A stretch of DNA of 53,347 nucleotides, the filler included, from Piptocephalis cylindrospora (taxonomy: Eukaryota), in NCBI GenBank assembly GCA_003614145.1. It is 2 parts of 2 records of this genome, joined end to end, with 100 filler letters (N's around TTAATTAATTAA, not from the genome) between each part and the next. Parts side by side here need not be neighbours in the genome. Positions count along the whole stretch, not along the records: positions 1 to 26,684 come from KZ987772.1; positions 26,785 to 53,347 come from KZ987773.1. One strand, written 5' to 3'. Every line of letters starts with the position of its first letter. Position 1 is the first letter of the stretch. Made by a program: the position numbers and the translations under genes. The notes under the pieces were generated by a model. The model was not told the DNA's origin and did not search any database. It saw only the letters and a list, made by a program, of their open reading frames with translations. Shown piece by piece: positions 21,998 through 35,256 of the stretch.

Positions 21998-24900
21998 GAT
22001 GGTGCGAAGAGAGCAAGAGTATATAGGAGGAGGGATATTCGCATAGCGAATATGGAAATTGAGGGAAGGGCTGGCTGGCTTATCGGAAAGGAAGGGGTGT
22101 TCGAAGGGCAAGCGGTGAGAAGAGGAGGAGGAGGGGAGGAGAGAAGTGGGATGAATAAGGGGAGGAGGAGGGCATAGTCTGTATTTGTACCCGCTGGGTC
22201 CTGGTATTTAACTTACACACGAATCGCCCACGGGGATGGAGTTTGTGAGAGGCGGAGTTTGAAAGTGACATCTGGTCCTTTTTCCGCCCTAAACATCGAT
22301 CCCTTCTGGTAAGCGTTTCATTGTTGTTAGAGTATGGCTCAGATAACATTCCGATCTGATAAAGCAGGGCTGAAATGTTAGTTCAGGGACCCAAAGTCAA
22401 GATTAAGACGCAGACAAGGCATGATAAAGCATGGAATTTCCAAGGGGAAGGGAGGGGAGCGGGAACAGAGGAAAAAGTGGGTCATGAATTTATGGGAAAG
22501 CAAAAGTCATCTCTCCCTTGACTCATTTTGGTTCATTTTATTCCTTTTAAACGTGATCTTTCTTTCCTCAAACATATGATTTGGAGTGTGCTGGGTGCGG
22601 ATGACCAGCTAGGTAACCAGAATGGGTTCGGTCTGGTTGATAGGCTGTGTGCCTTTGGTATCACTTTCGGGGATGAGTAGCCAGACCTTTGGCCAGCGCA
22701 TCGTCTCCTTTTCTTCCCAAACCTGTAGTGCTGGATGGCCTCATTCTGACGAAAACAAGACATTGAGACTAGCCTTCGGGTGGGTGGGATGATCTGTAGT
22801 CTCGCCTGAGGGATCCAGCCTTTTGATCGAATCGACGTACTTGCTCCATCTGCTCATCTTCTCTGTACCATGTCTTTCGGCTTGATTACGCCAGGCGGCT
22901 ATTGAGGGTCCATTTGAAGCTGCATCCAAGAATGAATCATGCAGCCAGGCTTATCTGTTTGAAAGGATATGTAGACTCCATGCTGAAGGAACGGATGCTT
23001 GATCCTTCTTTTTAAAGCCACCACGGTTCCAGAGAATCCTACGTCCATGGTCGGTAGCAGGTTTTCTGTATCCAAAAAAAGGACCCCCTGGGTCCAAGCG
23101 CTTAAAGCACTCAAGAAAAAGTCTATGAGATTTGATGTGTCGGAAACGCCTGTACCAAGGAGAGAGAAGGCGATGCATCATTAGACGATGAGCACCTACC
23201 CCAAGGATGAACCGTGAAAATTTACAACTTCCAACATGGAATCCCGTTTTTTCAGTGCAGTGTGTGGGATTTCCAGGCTGCTTTATGCTCTACATGGCTC
23301 ATCCTCTCCAAAAGCTATACCAACCATTTGCATCCATGGGTTCTTGTCGCATTGCTTGAGTCGTCTTGAGCAAGCCGTGACATATCCTCCAAATCGTCTA
23401 GCTGAGTGAAGTGGGTAGACATGTTTGACACACAGCCTCACCACCAGATTCTTTCCTTCTTGAGAGGGAAAATGTTGCGTCATGGAAGTACGTCAAGGCG
23501 AGAGAAAGACACCCACAGACTACGACCGTTCTTGGCCTGGGATGCGGCCCATCAGGCAGATCACACCTTTTTGTCTCCTTGAGCAAGGGGATCTTCGCCG
23601 ATGTTGTTGTTGTTTTGATCCGATCCCTGCATGTGGTGGCGGTGGTTGTCATGCCATGGGAGGGGAGGAGGGAGGATGGGGATGGGTCCTATAGCTGATA
23701 CGAGGCAGACGCCTAGCTCGGAGCAAGCAGGCACCATCGGATTTGTCCCACACTCCTCCTAGATCATCCGTGCCTGCAGAAAGAGTGAATTGAGGTAAAG
23801 AGACTCTCTGTCCCATCCAGTACAATGGAACGGCCAGGCTCATGCTGTCCTTCCAAGAATAGATCACTGTGATTCTCCAGCTGCCTGTTGGCCCTCTCAA
23901 GCCTCGCCCCTTGACGCATTCCTTGTCAATGGGTAGGAGTAGGGTGGTCAGGGAGACAGGTAAGGCGTAGGCGTGGGAAAAACATGGTCAAGGCCCCTCC
24001 GCCCTAACCTTGCAGTGGTTGCTGGGATGATGGACCAGGGCTGGGCTGAGGCTTCACTACTCATGTGCACGCATGTGTGTGCTTGACAGTGCACACCAAG
24101 TCTTCTTCCTCAGCCTTTCCCAGTGTGATCCGGTGGTCCGATTCGTCCACATCCTCCTTGGCCCCCGGTAGAAGGAGTCACCATCAGCAGCACAAAAGCC
24201 CTTGAATAGGAATCGCACCACTCTCCATAGTTCATGGGTCACTTGGCGTAGAGGTAGCCGTCAGGGGAAATGGGAGAGGAGAAGATGAAGAGAGAGAGAG
24301 AGAGAGGGAGAGGCTTACGCAAGAAATGGACAGGAGCAATTAGGATGTGTCTAGAGGGTTTTACAGATCCTTGGTGTGTCGATGTATGCCCCACGCCCTA
24401 GTTCCCGGTGATGATGGCGGTGGGATCAGGTGCCGTGGGGAGAGGGGCTTTTACATCTCCTATCCGCGTCCGACACTGTGTGTATGCGCCATCCTTGATT
24501 TTCCTTATCCCAAGGTCCCATCGCTCTCTTATCTCTCATCCTCTCCCCCCCCTCCCCTGCACCCTCCCCCTTCCTCCTTCCCCTACTTTCTCCTCCCTTG
24601 TACGAGGACACTAATTTTGCATGTGCTTTCCACACCATCCAATCCACCTTGACAGCCCATGTACCTTTCTCCAAGCCCTTGGCATATCTCCACGCGCTTT
24701 CCTCCCCTCCTCATCCCACACCAAGACGCGCGCACATGTCTTTTCCTATTCAATGGCCTCTTGAGAAGGAGATGTGAGGGAAGATCCATCGGGACTGGCT
24801 GGGATGTGTCTCTATGTATGGTCAAATCCCCCTAGCCTCTTCTACTCCCACTCCTCACAACAGGATCTTCCCAGACAATCCCTTCCCACACACCAACAAC

Positions 24901-25538
24901 AACAATCCCCCTCCCTTTCCCGCCTCTAAAGACGCGATGACCATGTGTGTGAGTGTGGGTGTGGGTGTGCGTGCTCCAGTAGGAGATATTCCTCTGTTCC
25001 CTGGCCCACCGGCTCACCCGCTCACTACACAGACCCTCTCTTCCTCTCTTCCTCTCACTCATTCACTCACTCTCCCTCATAGTCTCTTTCCCTTTCACAT
25101 TGGCACACAAGACACAGATGATGGGCCGCTACCACCCACATCTCCTCCCTCTCCTTCCTTTCTCTTCTCCCCCCTTCCTACCGTGGCAATCCTGACAGGA
25201 CCAGGGGCGGAACATCCCATTAGAGCCTGGACATACATCCCCCATTACAACTGAAGAGCACAGCCCTTCTCCTCCCACACTGGTTCCCCCTCTCTCTTAT
25301 ACCGCGCCCGCACGCGTCTCCCCCGCTCACCACCCCTCATCACTCCTCTCACATCCCCCCCTTCTTGTCAAGGCAAGCAGCGCGACTCTCCCGCGTGCAC
25401 GCGTGTGGACATTGGCGTTGCATACATGTGCCCCCTCCCTACCAAGTCAGGCCTCAAAGGAGCAATAGAAGGAGACGTGCAAGGAGAATAGTCTCTCTTC
25501 TTCTCACTCCCTCTCTCCCTCTCCCTTTCGTACTCCCC

Positions 25539-25546
25539 TATAAAAA
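25539..25546 (+). promoter_or_regulatory. TATA box of the gene starting at 26044
   Basis: TATAAAAA followed by a pyrimidine-rich leader of about 500 nt up to ATG 26044. Confidence 0.5.
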
Positions 25547-26043
25547 GGATTCAACGTCAATAGACCGAGGTAACTGAACACGTCTCCTGCTCCCTTCCCT
25601 TTTTCCTTTCACCTTTTCCTTCCCTCGTTTCCTTCACCTCGCTCATACCCCCTCTATCCCCTTTCCTTCTTCAAAGCACATTCCTAGTTGACAATTACTC
25701 TAGGTTTCAGCACTTTCTCTTTCCTTCTTTCCTTCCCGAGCGCATACCCTTACTGCTCCCTCCCTTCCTCCCTCTCCCTTCACTACCTCCTCAAGGACCC
25801 TTGACCTCTCGTCTCCCCCGGTCCCTTTCTCAGTGCCCTCTCCTCCTCTCTCTCCATCCCGCTCTTACTATACTCCTGTTGTCGTTGTCGTTTCCGTCGT
25901 TTATTGGTCCTACTCCTCCCCCCCTCTCACTCTCTTCTTTCCTCCTCAGGCCCAATCTCCCCTTTCCTTTACCCATCCTCCATACATCTCCCCTCCCCTC
26001 TCTACACCCTTACACTCCTCCTCTCCCCTCCCGCCCCATCATC

Positions 26044-26254
26044 ATGTCTTCCTTTGTCGCCCCTACCTACGATCACTACCCCCTTCAGGCCAATATCCTC
26101 CCTGCCCTTCAGGATTATTGCCCTGGCTTGGACCACTCCATCCCCACCCCTCCCTCCGCCGAGGATTCCCCTACCACTCCGCCCCGTCGGCTCCCACGTC
26201 GGCACTCCCTGGCCATTGCCTCTACCCCCGCTAGTATTGAGGATGAAATGCATG
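26044..26254 (+). CDS. First coding exon of an unidentified gene truncated by the contig end
   Basis: ATC-ATG context; MSSFVAPTYDHYPLQ...PTPPSAEDSPTTPPRRLPRRHSLA...EDEMH ends at a canonical G|GTAAGT donor. Confidence 0.6.
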
Positions 26255-26684
26255 GTAAGTGCTTATACTAACATGTGTGTGGGAGAGTATCGCTGTCCGA
26301 GTGGAAAGATCCTTCCCCTCCTCTCCATCCCTCCCCATGTCTCTACTTTTTTCTTTTTTCTTTCCAACCCCGACTCCACACTTTGTCACCCTCTCTGTCC
26401 CTGTCTCCCCCTTGGTGCGTCATGGCCTCCCTCCCCCCGACACCCCATCTCCTCTTCCTCAGACTGGCCTATCCCCCTCCCCCTACTCGTCATCCTCCTC
26501 CTCATCGTCATCGGATCAATCCAAGAGCGGCAACCTTGTCTCTTCCCCCCATCATCCCACCCTCTGTCGCCGTCACACTTCTCAGCACTTGTGTGCATCC
26601 CACACCTGTGACGCTTCTCATTTCATACCGGACCGTAAGGACTATACGTAGGGGGAGGGGGGAGGAGTAGGAGAGGATGAGTCG

Positions 26685-26784
26685 NNNNNNNNNNNNNNNN
26701 NNNNNNNNNNNNNNNNNNNNNNNNNNNNTTAATTAATTAANNNNNNNNNNNNNNNNNNNNNNNNNNNNNNNNNNNNNNNNNNNN
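26685..26784. other. Artificial contig-joining spacer / assembly gap
   Basis: 44 N, then TTAATTAATTAA (26729-26740; palindromic, stops in all six frames), then 44 N, totalling exactly 100 nt. Confidence 0.97.
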
Positions 26785-26785
26785 G

Positions 26786-27106
26786 CCTGGATCCATTGAT
26801 GGAACTAGTGCCTCAGCGCGCCAACGGTACTTTACGGATCAGACCAACCGAGAGGCCTTTTACTTTCGCCCAGCTCATCGATACACATGCGATTTCCGTA
26901 ATGGACTGGTAGATCTCAAAAACCTGGCAATTCATATTCCGGGATGGGGTGGGGTGGATCTCCTAAGGTTTTGGGATGGAAGGGCCATTCGATTTGTCCT
27001 TCAGTCCCGTGATGGGAAGATAAAGATGTTAATGGTGGAATTCCAATTGGAGTCCGAGGGGCCTGAGGAAGGGAAGGAGGGAGAGAAGAAAGAGGGAGAT
27101 AAGTGA
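26786..27106 (+). CDS. DUF1769-family protein, 3' end only (5' partial)
   Basis: Startless open frame absent from the ORF track: SARQRYFTDQTNREAFYFRPAHRYTCDFRNGLVDLKNLAIHIPGWGGVDLLRFWDGRAIRFVLQSR...DK*. Matches the fungal DUF1769 pattern RRKxF...YTFDFxN...YWDGQPLRYVL. Confidence 0.75.
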   Translation, partial: PGSIDGTSASARQRYFTDQTNREAFYFRPAHRYTCDFRNGLVDLKNLAIHIPGWGGVDLLRFWDGRAIRFVLQSRDGKIKMLMVEFQLESEGPEEGKEGEKKEGDK

Positions 27107-27596
27107 TGACGGCGGTGGAGGTGACCTGCGTGTTGGGATGATGTTATAAAGGTACAGGGCCAATGAAGTTATTGTTTGAAAGATGGGGCTGCAATCAATT
27201 CTCTATCCAAGTACAAAGGATGAACTGCCAGGTGATTCAGGTGTAATCAAATCCTGGTATGTATAAGGTGATATGTATAAAACAGTACCATCATAGGGAC
27301 ATGAAACGATATGAGGGTAGATGACATGTATATGAACTCCCTGATAAGGAGGAAGAAAGTCCTTCTGAGAACGAGGCGCCAGGAGAGAGAAGGAAGCGGA
27401 AATGAATGGATCGATACAGGTGGACTAGGAGATTTCATTTTTTTATGTCTTTTGTGCTTTTCTTTGATTCATTCTCCCGGACCTACTTTTTCTCAATGGT
27501 ACCGTTACTCTTACCCTCTTCTTCCTCAGCCTCCTCCTATAAGGACGAGATGGAACAGGGTGAGATAGGATGAGGGAAGAGGCATGAATGAAACCG

Positions 27597-30500
27597 TCAA
27601 TGCAGGGGACTTACCCCGGTTGTGGGGGTGGATTGGCCACTGGGCCCGGGGGTAGAGGCCCCACTCTGAGTGGAGCCAGGGTGGCCACTAGATGGAGGGG
27701 GAGGGGGGACGGTGCTCATGGGGAGGGGAAGAGTGGTAGAAGAGGCGTTGGAGGAGGAGAGATAAGGGACGGCCGGGGAGGAAGGAGAGGGTAAAGAGGG
27801 GTCCCCGGGGAGCGGTGTGACCTCAAGTCCCATGCTATAGTAGGTGGTTCCTTGCATAGGCATCCCCATTCCAGGGATCATGGGCATTCCCGAGGCATCC
27901 ACGCCAGCTTGAGGAGGATTACCTCCGTAGGTCATCTGCCCATAGGGTCCGTTGGGCCCTGCCGAGGGAGGAGGGGGCATGCCCCCATTCCCGTACATGA
28001 AGGGGACTTGACCATTGTAGGGTGACCCAGGCATCATGGGCATTCTAGACATAGGATAAGATGGCATGCCATTGAATATTAGTCAATCGCTCAAATTCCA
28101 CACAGCCAATAACTTACCCAGGATGGCCATAGAGGTAAAAGGGAAGCATGGAGTTCATATTACCAGAATCTACGCCGATTGCATTTGCGCCGGGGAAGGG
28201 AGGTGAGGGGGAGAAAGGAGGGGGGAAAGGAGAGGGAAGATCCATTCCTTGACCTGATCCCATCATCATGACCTTACCATTGTGGCCCATCATAGGCATC
28301 ATATAGGGACCGGGAGGCATATAGCCAGGGAATGAGGCGTGAGGTGGAGGGACGAATAGGGGGTAAGAAGGAGGGGGCGGAGTGGAGGTGGCGGAAGAGG
28401 AGGCTGAAGTGAGGGAGGAGGAGGTGGCAGAGGTGGAAGAGGAAGAGGAGGAGGAGGAAGAGGAGGAGGGGAGGATATCTTCGGCTTCCTGTGCTGATGC
28501 TAAATCGACTACTTGCATGCTTCGGGGAACATACTCCTTGGCCGTGGCGGACAAGGCACGGCTCTTAAGTGCTCCCTCGCTGGTTGTGGGAGCAGTGGCG
28601 GCTGTGGGAGCAGAGGGGGTGGATTCGGGCTGAAGCCCAGTTAACCCTTCACCCTCACCCTGTCTCAAATTGCCTTCTTCAATGGCCGAAGCCGAGGAGG
28701 ATGAGGGGGAAGGAGAAGGGGAGGGAGAGATGGCCTGGGGCATGGGGTAGGGTATGGGGCCCATCAAAGAGGGCATCATGGGGGGCATGAAGCGTGGATC
28801 CGTGACCATTTCCATGGATCCGACGGGCGGGGCAAGAGTCATCCCCATCCCGCCGGGGAAGACAGCCATACCAGCCGTCGGGGCCGAGGGGAGGTGAGCA
28901 GCAGAATGGGATGGATGGGGCGCGGTAGGATAGGGAACATGACTTCCGCTACCCGGGGGCATCCTCCCGGCCAGCCCATGGTGTGGGTGAGGGTGGTGAG
29001 GCGGATGTGGATGGAGATGGTGGGGGGGGAGAGAACCGGGCCCCATCCCGGTCATGACTCTTCCAGGTCCGGCCATTCCTACAGGCCCGTTCGGACCCTT
29101 GACCCCACCGGCCCAGTATCCACTCCCACCTCCAGCACCCACGGTTCCTCCTCCACGGTGATGGTAGCCTCCACGGTTCCAGCCACCCCGTCCACCCTGC
29201 CAATGAGCTCCGCCTCCTCGACCCCCCGCATAACTACCCGGGGTCCGAGGAAACCCAGTCATACCCCCTCCCCGCCCTCCCCGCCCATAGCCTCCACCAC
29301 GTTGGCCCCGAGCCGCATGAAGACTTCCATAGCTTGGGGTGGCCCCTGCTTCTTGGACTGGAGGCGTGGTAGGGATATCCTCCTCCTCTTCCTCCTCTTC
29401 CTCTCCTTCTTCCCCCTCCTCCTCCTCCTCCTCCTTTTCTTCCTTTCGTCGGTCAGCTTCTTCGTCTATCACCTTATCCTTGCCACTCTCTCGCTTTTTG
29501 CCATGACCCTTGGTGGATGAGGCCTTGCCATCCTCTGCCTCCTTCTTGTGCTTCCCATCCCACATGGCCTTGGGCTCCTCGTGATCCTCTTCGGTGTACA
29601 AGTCGTGCTTCCAGGTTCGATGGTCCTGTCGATGGCCTTGCCCTCCTCCAGGACTCATGGTCACCATGGAATCTCTGTTACCGTGCATCCCGTACCCTCC
29701 CCTTGCCCTTCGAGCCAGTGAGGCGGGATGGAAAGGAAGGTTGGATAAGTAGTGGGGGCCCCGACGATTTCCCCCACCCCGGTCATGGCCTCCACGGCCA
29801 CCGCGACCTCTGCCAGAGGTACGAGAGGAGAAGCGATCATCGTGACCCCAATAGTGGCTTTGTCGACCAGTAGGGGTGTTGGGGTCATTGGAGCCCGAGC
29901 GTCCAGATCTCTTGGCATTGCCCTGTGCACTAGTAGTAAGGGTATGTGTGCCAGTTGAGGCTTCTGAGTGGGCCTGGGCAGAAGCCTGGGCGGATTCGGT
30001 AGGAGTGGAGGCTCGGGAGAGGGAAGGAGAGGAGGAGGGAGCAAGATCTCCGGGCCCATGCTTCGATCCAATCCCATCTGTCCCATTCGTCTTTCCAGGG
30101 GTGATCAAAGGAGATTGAGGAGTGGGTGGGGCAGTGTTTTTCTTTCCCTTTCGGGATCCTTTCCCTCCTCCCCCTTCCTCCTTTCCTGGGGTCATGGGTC
30201 GTTCCGAGGTGAATGAGGGAGATGTGGGCGTCGCTGGCTTTTCCTTAGCGGATGGGGCCATAGTCTATGAATGGTGATAATGAGGACGATGAAAACGTCA
30301 TCCCTACCCTCGATCCTCCTCACCCCCTGGCGATGCACAATAAACTTACCTTTTTCCCTCCTGTACCGCCGGTAACCTCTTTGCTATTTCCTCCAGTTGA
30401 GCCAGTCTTTCGATGTGGAGCATCGGCCCCGGTACGTCGGTGGACCAGCATGGATGATGCACGTGACCCTTGTTGTTGCTGCGCTTGATGCTGTTGCTGA

Positions 30501-30739
30501 GAGGAGGGGGATGGGGAGAAGGAAGAAGAGTTGGTCCGAGCGGTCCCTGAGCCAGTGGCATTCTCTCCCGTTATGGTGGTGGACTTGACGTCCTCGGACA
30601 AGCGCGTTCCCACCTTCTCCTCGGTCGAAGGAGCACAGGGCTCCACAGCCGAGTCCTTCCCCTCGCCCTCGCCCTCCGAGGTTCGGGGACGACGGGTGGA
30701 CATGGGGGTACGATTGCCCTTGGAACGCGAACGGGACAT
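27597..30739 (-). CDS. Btz/CASC3 (Barentsz, exon junction complex) domain protein, 3 exons
   Basis: Btz motifs DPNTPTG..YWGHDDR and WKHDLY, RGG tracts and a Pro/Met-rich tail. Introns 30349-30265 and 28117-28045 keep the frame. Confidence 0.8.
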
Positions 30740-31337
30740 ATGGCCTGATCTACTTCTGGATTGTGCGATGTGGATAGTGTTGGAGGGGATGGATCAGGAC
30801 CTTGGGCGGGATATCTTGCAGAGGGTGTTGAGGCCAAGGACTGAGAGAAGCGCTGGGGTCTCCCGGGAAAAAGCACACAGAAGGGGAGGGAGGGGGGAGG
30901 GGAGTAAAGAAAAAGCAGAGGGAGAGAGAGGGGAGTCGCTGGGCCGAGACAGGGATGGGTGGTGGGGCGAGACGACGACGAAAAGGGCTGGATCGGCGGG
31001 GAAAAGTGGACGAAAAAGACGCTGCTGTGGGGCGGGCGGGGGGAGGAGGAGGCAAGTAAGAGCGTAGATGAGTGGAGGAGGAGGAGAGTTTTGGGAGGAG
31101 AAGAGTGGAAAAGTCCCTAGAGGAGAAGGGGGAGGGATGAGGAGAAGAGGTTTGAAGTACGGTAAAGGATGTGTGTGTGGCTGTAGTTGTGTGTGGGTGT
31201 GATGGGGAGGATGAGCGGGGATGTCGGGGGATGGGCTGGGGTCTTGACGGGATAAGCGCGCCTTGGAGATCCCTTTCTGCGCGTATCTGTATGTAACTTG
31301 AGTGTGTTGGTGGTATTGGCGTGCGGTTCTCTCTATC

Positions 31338-31363
31338 TGTGTGTGTGTGTGTGTGTGTGTGTG
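31338..31363. repeat. (TG)n microsatellite
   Basis: About 13 TG units upstream of the Btz gene. Confidence 0.95.
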
Positions 31364-31503
31364 CAAGAAAGGAGAGGTGGCCCACAGTTCCAACTGGGCA
31401 CTGCCTAAAAGGCAGGGCTTTTTTTGTCGCTGAACAAAGCCATGCGCATACGTGTACATTGCGACAACCAACCCCGCCATGACAGTCCAGTCCGAGTGGA
31501 ACC

Positions 31504-31560
<57 letters not shown>
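31504..31560. repeat. (AAT)n microsatellite
   Basis: About 19 perfect ATA units in intergenic DNA. Confidence 0.97.
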
Positions 31561-31562
<2 letters not shown>

Positions 31563-31790
31563 ATAGTACGACCGATGAAGGGCATTTTCCAGACATCAGG
31601 ATCGAGGGATATACGTCTTATGCGAGATGCAATGGTTTATCAAGTGAGACATGGGTAAAACGATGGAATACATAATACTTGGCTTACCAGTACGTCGATT
31701 CACCTCTGATATGATTGATTCCTTCAGACCATAAGAAAATCTTTGTGAATAACCACCAATACAAGATACCTCTTGGAAGCTGACTCGACC

Positions 31791-34648
31791 CTAATCAACA
31801 TCCTCAATTCCCGCTCCCATCTTATCTACCCATACATCCCTCACCCACCAGATGAGGTACATGACCAGGAAATAAGCTAGCCATGCCATGGTGTATAGCC
31901 ATTTTGGACTAAATACTGTCCAGATGAATAGATGCTCTCGTAGAACCAAGACAGCCAGAGCTAGGGCGAGGTGGAGACCCACCATGATCCTGAGGATCAT
32001 GCGATCTTGCAGCCTTCGTTCCACGAACCCAGGGCGTCGAGGGATCCAAGCCAAGGCCCACCATAAGGGACCTGACCAATTCGACAGAAAGGTGAGGAGG
32101 GCCACCATGGGCGCGGAAAAAGAGGAGAGACCAGTGTAGGCCGTGGACAAGTCCACGGAGGCAATAGAATTGGACCCGCCCAGGGCAAAGAAGGAGGAAT
32201 GGGCAAGGAAAAGGAAGAGAATAGATTCCTCACTCACCAGGCCAACCGAGCTGGGGAGAAGGTGCCTCTGGGCGTGAAAGAAAGCAATGAGAGGGAGTTG
32301 ATGCGGCTTAAAAAGAAGGAGGAATAGGAGATCTGACGTACACCAGGCCGTAGAAGCCTTGTAAGGGACACGAGCTACAAGAGAATGGGTGAGGTTGGGA
32401 GGATCCACTCAGCTTTCCCATGCTCCTTCCTCATCAACTACTTACCTTGCCAATGGGATGCTAGTCCAGAGAGGGCAGAGAGCCCCAAAAGTGCATAAGA
32501 AATCCGGGCAAGTAAGACGGAATCCAAGGTAATAAACTTTGAAGCCCCTGCATGAATCCTTACACATTGGATCAGGAGGATGGAGAGAGTAGCAGCCCTC
32601 GTGACCACCAGCCACAGTCGAGGAAAGAAACAAACCCGCCCATGACCCAGTGATCCCCACACTCTATAAGCCCGAAGGAGCATAATGATTAGGGTGGACA
32701 AGACCAGAATCCAGAGTAGAGCCTCATGCTCAGGTCGGGTGAGAAACTGGCGGATGTCCGGAAGATGGGCCCATTTTTGTCCAGTTTGATTCCATGTCCG
32801 GATCAGGCGTAGTAATACCATCTGTCCCACCAGTCCAGCTCTTCTCATCCCCGGTCTGGGACGAACTAATAGGTACATCCAATAGGATTGCAGCCAAAAG
32901 TACCATGTCTGGTGCTCTTCCTCCACAAAACTACTGGCAAAGACCGAAGCGACTTGAAGGGCTAATATAGCCGCAATGAGTACTGACATAGACATGTGGG
33001 GAATTTGGGATGAGGGAAGAGACTTTCGTGATAGGAGGAGCCAAAGTAAGATGCCCAAAACTAGGGCGAGTACCATTCGATCCACTCGGTACTCCATAGC
33101 CTTGGACTCAAGCGCATTGGCTGCCATCTCGGACAATTCCTCGTATGTCCTGATCGCCTCTTCCCCTAGGACACGTTGCTCTCCCTCTGGAATCCCATGT
33201 GCCTCAAGGAACAGAGCATGAAATTGACGTCCCTGATGCCAAAGACAAGAGGCCTTTTCTAGCCCCTCATCCAGTCCGCCACATCCTGCGGAAAAGGGGT
33301 CATCTTTCTTGTCCCTCTCGCCCATGTCCACTCCCCATAGTCTTCCGATTTGGGAGGCTGCAATTTCCCACATTCGTATCCGGGTTGCCTCTACAGGGTT
33401 GCCATCATTTATGGAAAGGAAAGGATGGCATGTTTAGTGGGATGAAAGTGAAGGGACTTCTCCCTTCTCCTTCCCTTGTCCATTATACATCTTACCTGGA
33501 AGAGAGCTTATGGTGGAAGGGATCAGTGTCCCAAGATTGTTTCGTGGAATGGGCGCGCCGAGGAGAAGGGAGAGGGTAGGCACAAGATCTACTTGTCGAA
33601 TGTTCCGTGGAGACCAAGAGTTCTGGAGTGACCAGTGGAATCTATCTTCATTCTTCTTTGCCTCGGGTCTTCGCCAAGCTGGATGGAGAAAAAGCATGGA
33701 AGTACTGGATTCGGCTTCGGAGGATCCTCCATGATTACCTGCATCGGTCATTCCATGATCACCGCACAGAATGATCAAAGGCCCTTGAGGCGAACTACCC
33801 TCGATGGGATGGTTCTCAGGGGGGGACAGGCCTCGGAAGAGCCTATCAATCACTGCGTCCATCTCCTCTTGCTTGGGTTGCATTAACGGGCTGTGTCGGC
33901 CTCCCGAATGGCCAATGTGATCCAGGCCCAGATAGTGCAAGATCAGTGCATCCCATTCCCCTTTGCGATTCAGAGCGGAGGGAACGTGCCTCGTCACATT
34001 CCTATCCACTTCCACAGTGTCTGCCACAAAGAACGACGTTGTACCCTCAACCCGCGTAAAGGTGTGCGGGGGCAGAAGACGCATCCACGTATCATCCCCA
34101 TACATCTCAATCTTCCAATTCTTGGACAAATGCAGGATTGACGGCCATGCGTCTTTCCCGTCCCCCTGCTCATTATTGCCTTTCCCAGCCTTCTTCTCAT
34201 CATCATCGTCCTCCAGGACATTCAGAATGGCATCCAGAAAAGCCGGTACCGTCCCGGACACTAGGGCCTTGAGTCGTGGAAGCGTCACCGTGGGCGCTCG
34301 GGCCACAGCCACAAAAGCCTCTCCATATCCCTGAGAGAGGTATTGACGGACCGAGTGGAAGCCGGAGCCCTCTCCATATACAAAGTCGCTGCGTAGCGCA
34401 TCCACTAGTACAAACACCACTTGGTCGTACGGAGGGATGTAACCCAAGGGATCCCTCCCCGAAGGCGCAGCTGCTCCACTTGATGTGGAGTACGGGGCCG
34501 AAGGAAGGTCCGAGAAAGTGCCTTGTCCAGGAACACGGGTCTTTACGGGGAAGAAGCCCCTGGAAAACATGAGGACCCAAGCAAGGTGAAGGAGGAGGAA
34601 GAGGAGAGTGACCTTGCTGGACATGGCCCAAGCGAGTCTCCCTAGCAT
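31791..34648 (-). CDS. GPI7: GPI ethanolamine phosphate transferase 2 (GPI7/PIG-G), 3 exons
   Basis: VFVLVDALRSDF, PTVTLPRLKAL, ILHYLGLDHIGH, GDHGM, SSFVEEEHQTWY, WNQTGQKW, GGSNSIASVDLS and LREHLFIWTVFSPKWLY. Start codon uncertain (34648 or a nearby ATG). Confidence 0.93.
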
Positions 34649-35256
34649 AGTACAATGAACGAGAGGGGCGTTGAGGATGGAGGAAGGGGATGGAGCAAGG
34701 GGATGAAAGAAAGGGATGATGAAGGATGACAGTTTCCCAAACGCTCTCTTCTTGCTGTGAGCACTAGCCAGCATTATCATTACTTTACCTTGCCCTGGAC
34801 AAGGGTGAGATTAGTCACGTTGCAGTTTATGAGATCAAGCATCTAGGTATGACACACATACAGTATTTATGGGTAGGAGGCGGAGTTGAGTCGGTGGTTT
34901 TTTGGAAAATTTGATGTGGTTTTTGGACAATGAGTCATTTTCCGACTACAAGGACGGAGTTTCAAGTGCATGGCAGGTCTGATGGTTTCCAGTCCCCTGT
35001 TCAATGCTAACTCTAGTAGAAGGCGTACTGGTAGTGTCGACTGAAGGGAACGCCCTAAGCTTCGTCCCTTCAAGTTATTGGTCAACTTGGATCGGTGGCG
35101 CTGGAGACAACGTCATGGGGAGGAAGGCATATAAAAGGGTGGGAAAATGAATAGCACCTGGATAAGGATGATGGAAGATGGGTCCATCCTTCTCCCTCTC
35201 CTTCCCTAGCAAGCCTTGTTATATTCCTCCTCTACCCTTGAAGATAGGTTGTTCCC

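Noticed and set aside
23000..23090. LLPTMDVG...ALKRR resembling a pogo/DDE transposase motif
   Set aside because: Too short and degenerate; no terminal inverted repeats, target-site duplication or other transposase motifs seen.
25801..26670. Several overlapping Pro/Ser/Leu-rich ORFs
   Set aside because: C/T-rich sequence lacks stop codons by composition; only the ATG 26044 exon is credible.
30750..31658. ORFs with poly-Leu 'signal peptide' or poly-Asn
   Set aside because: These are translations of the (AAT)n and (TG)n microsatellites and the CT-rich leader of the Btz gene.
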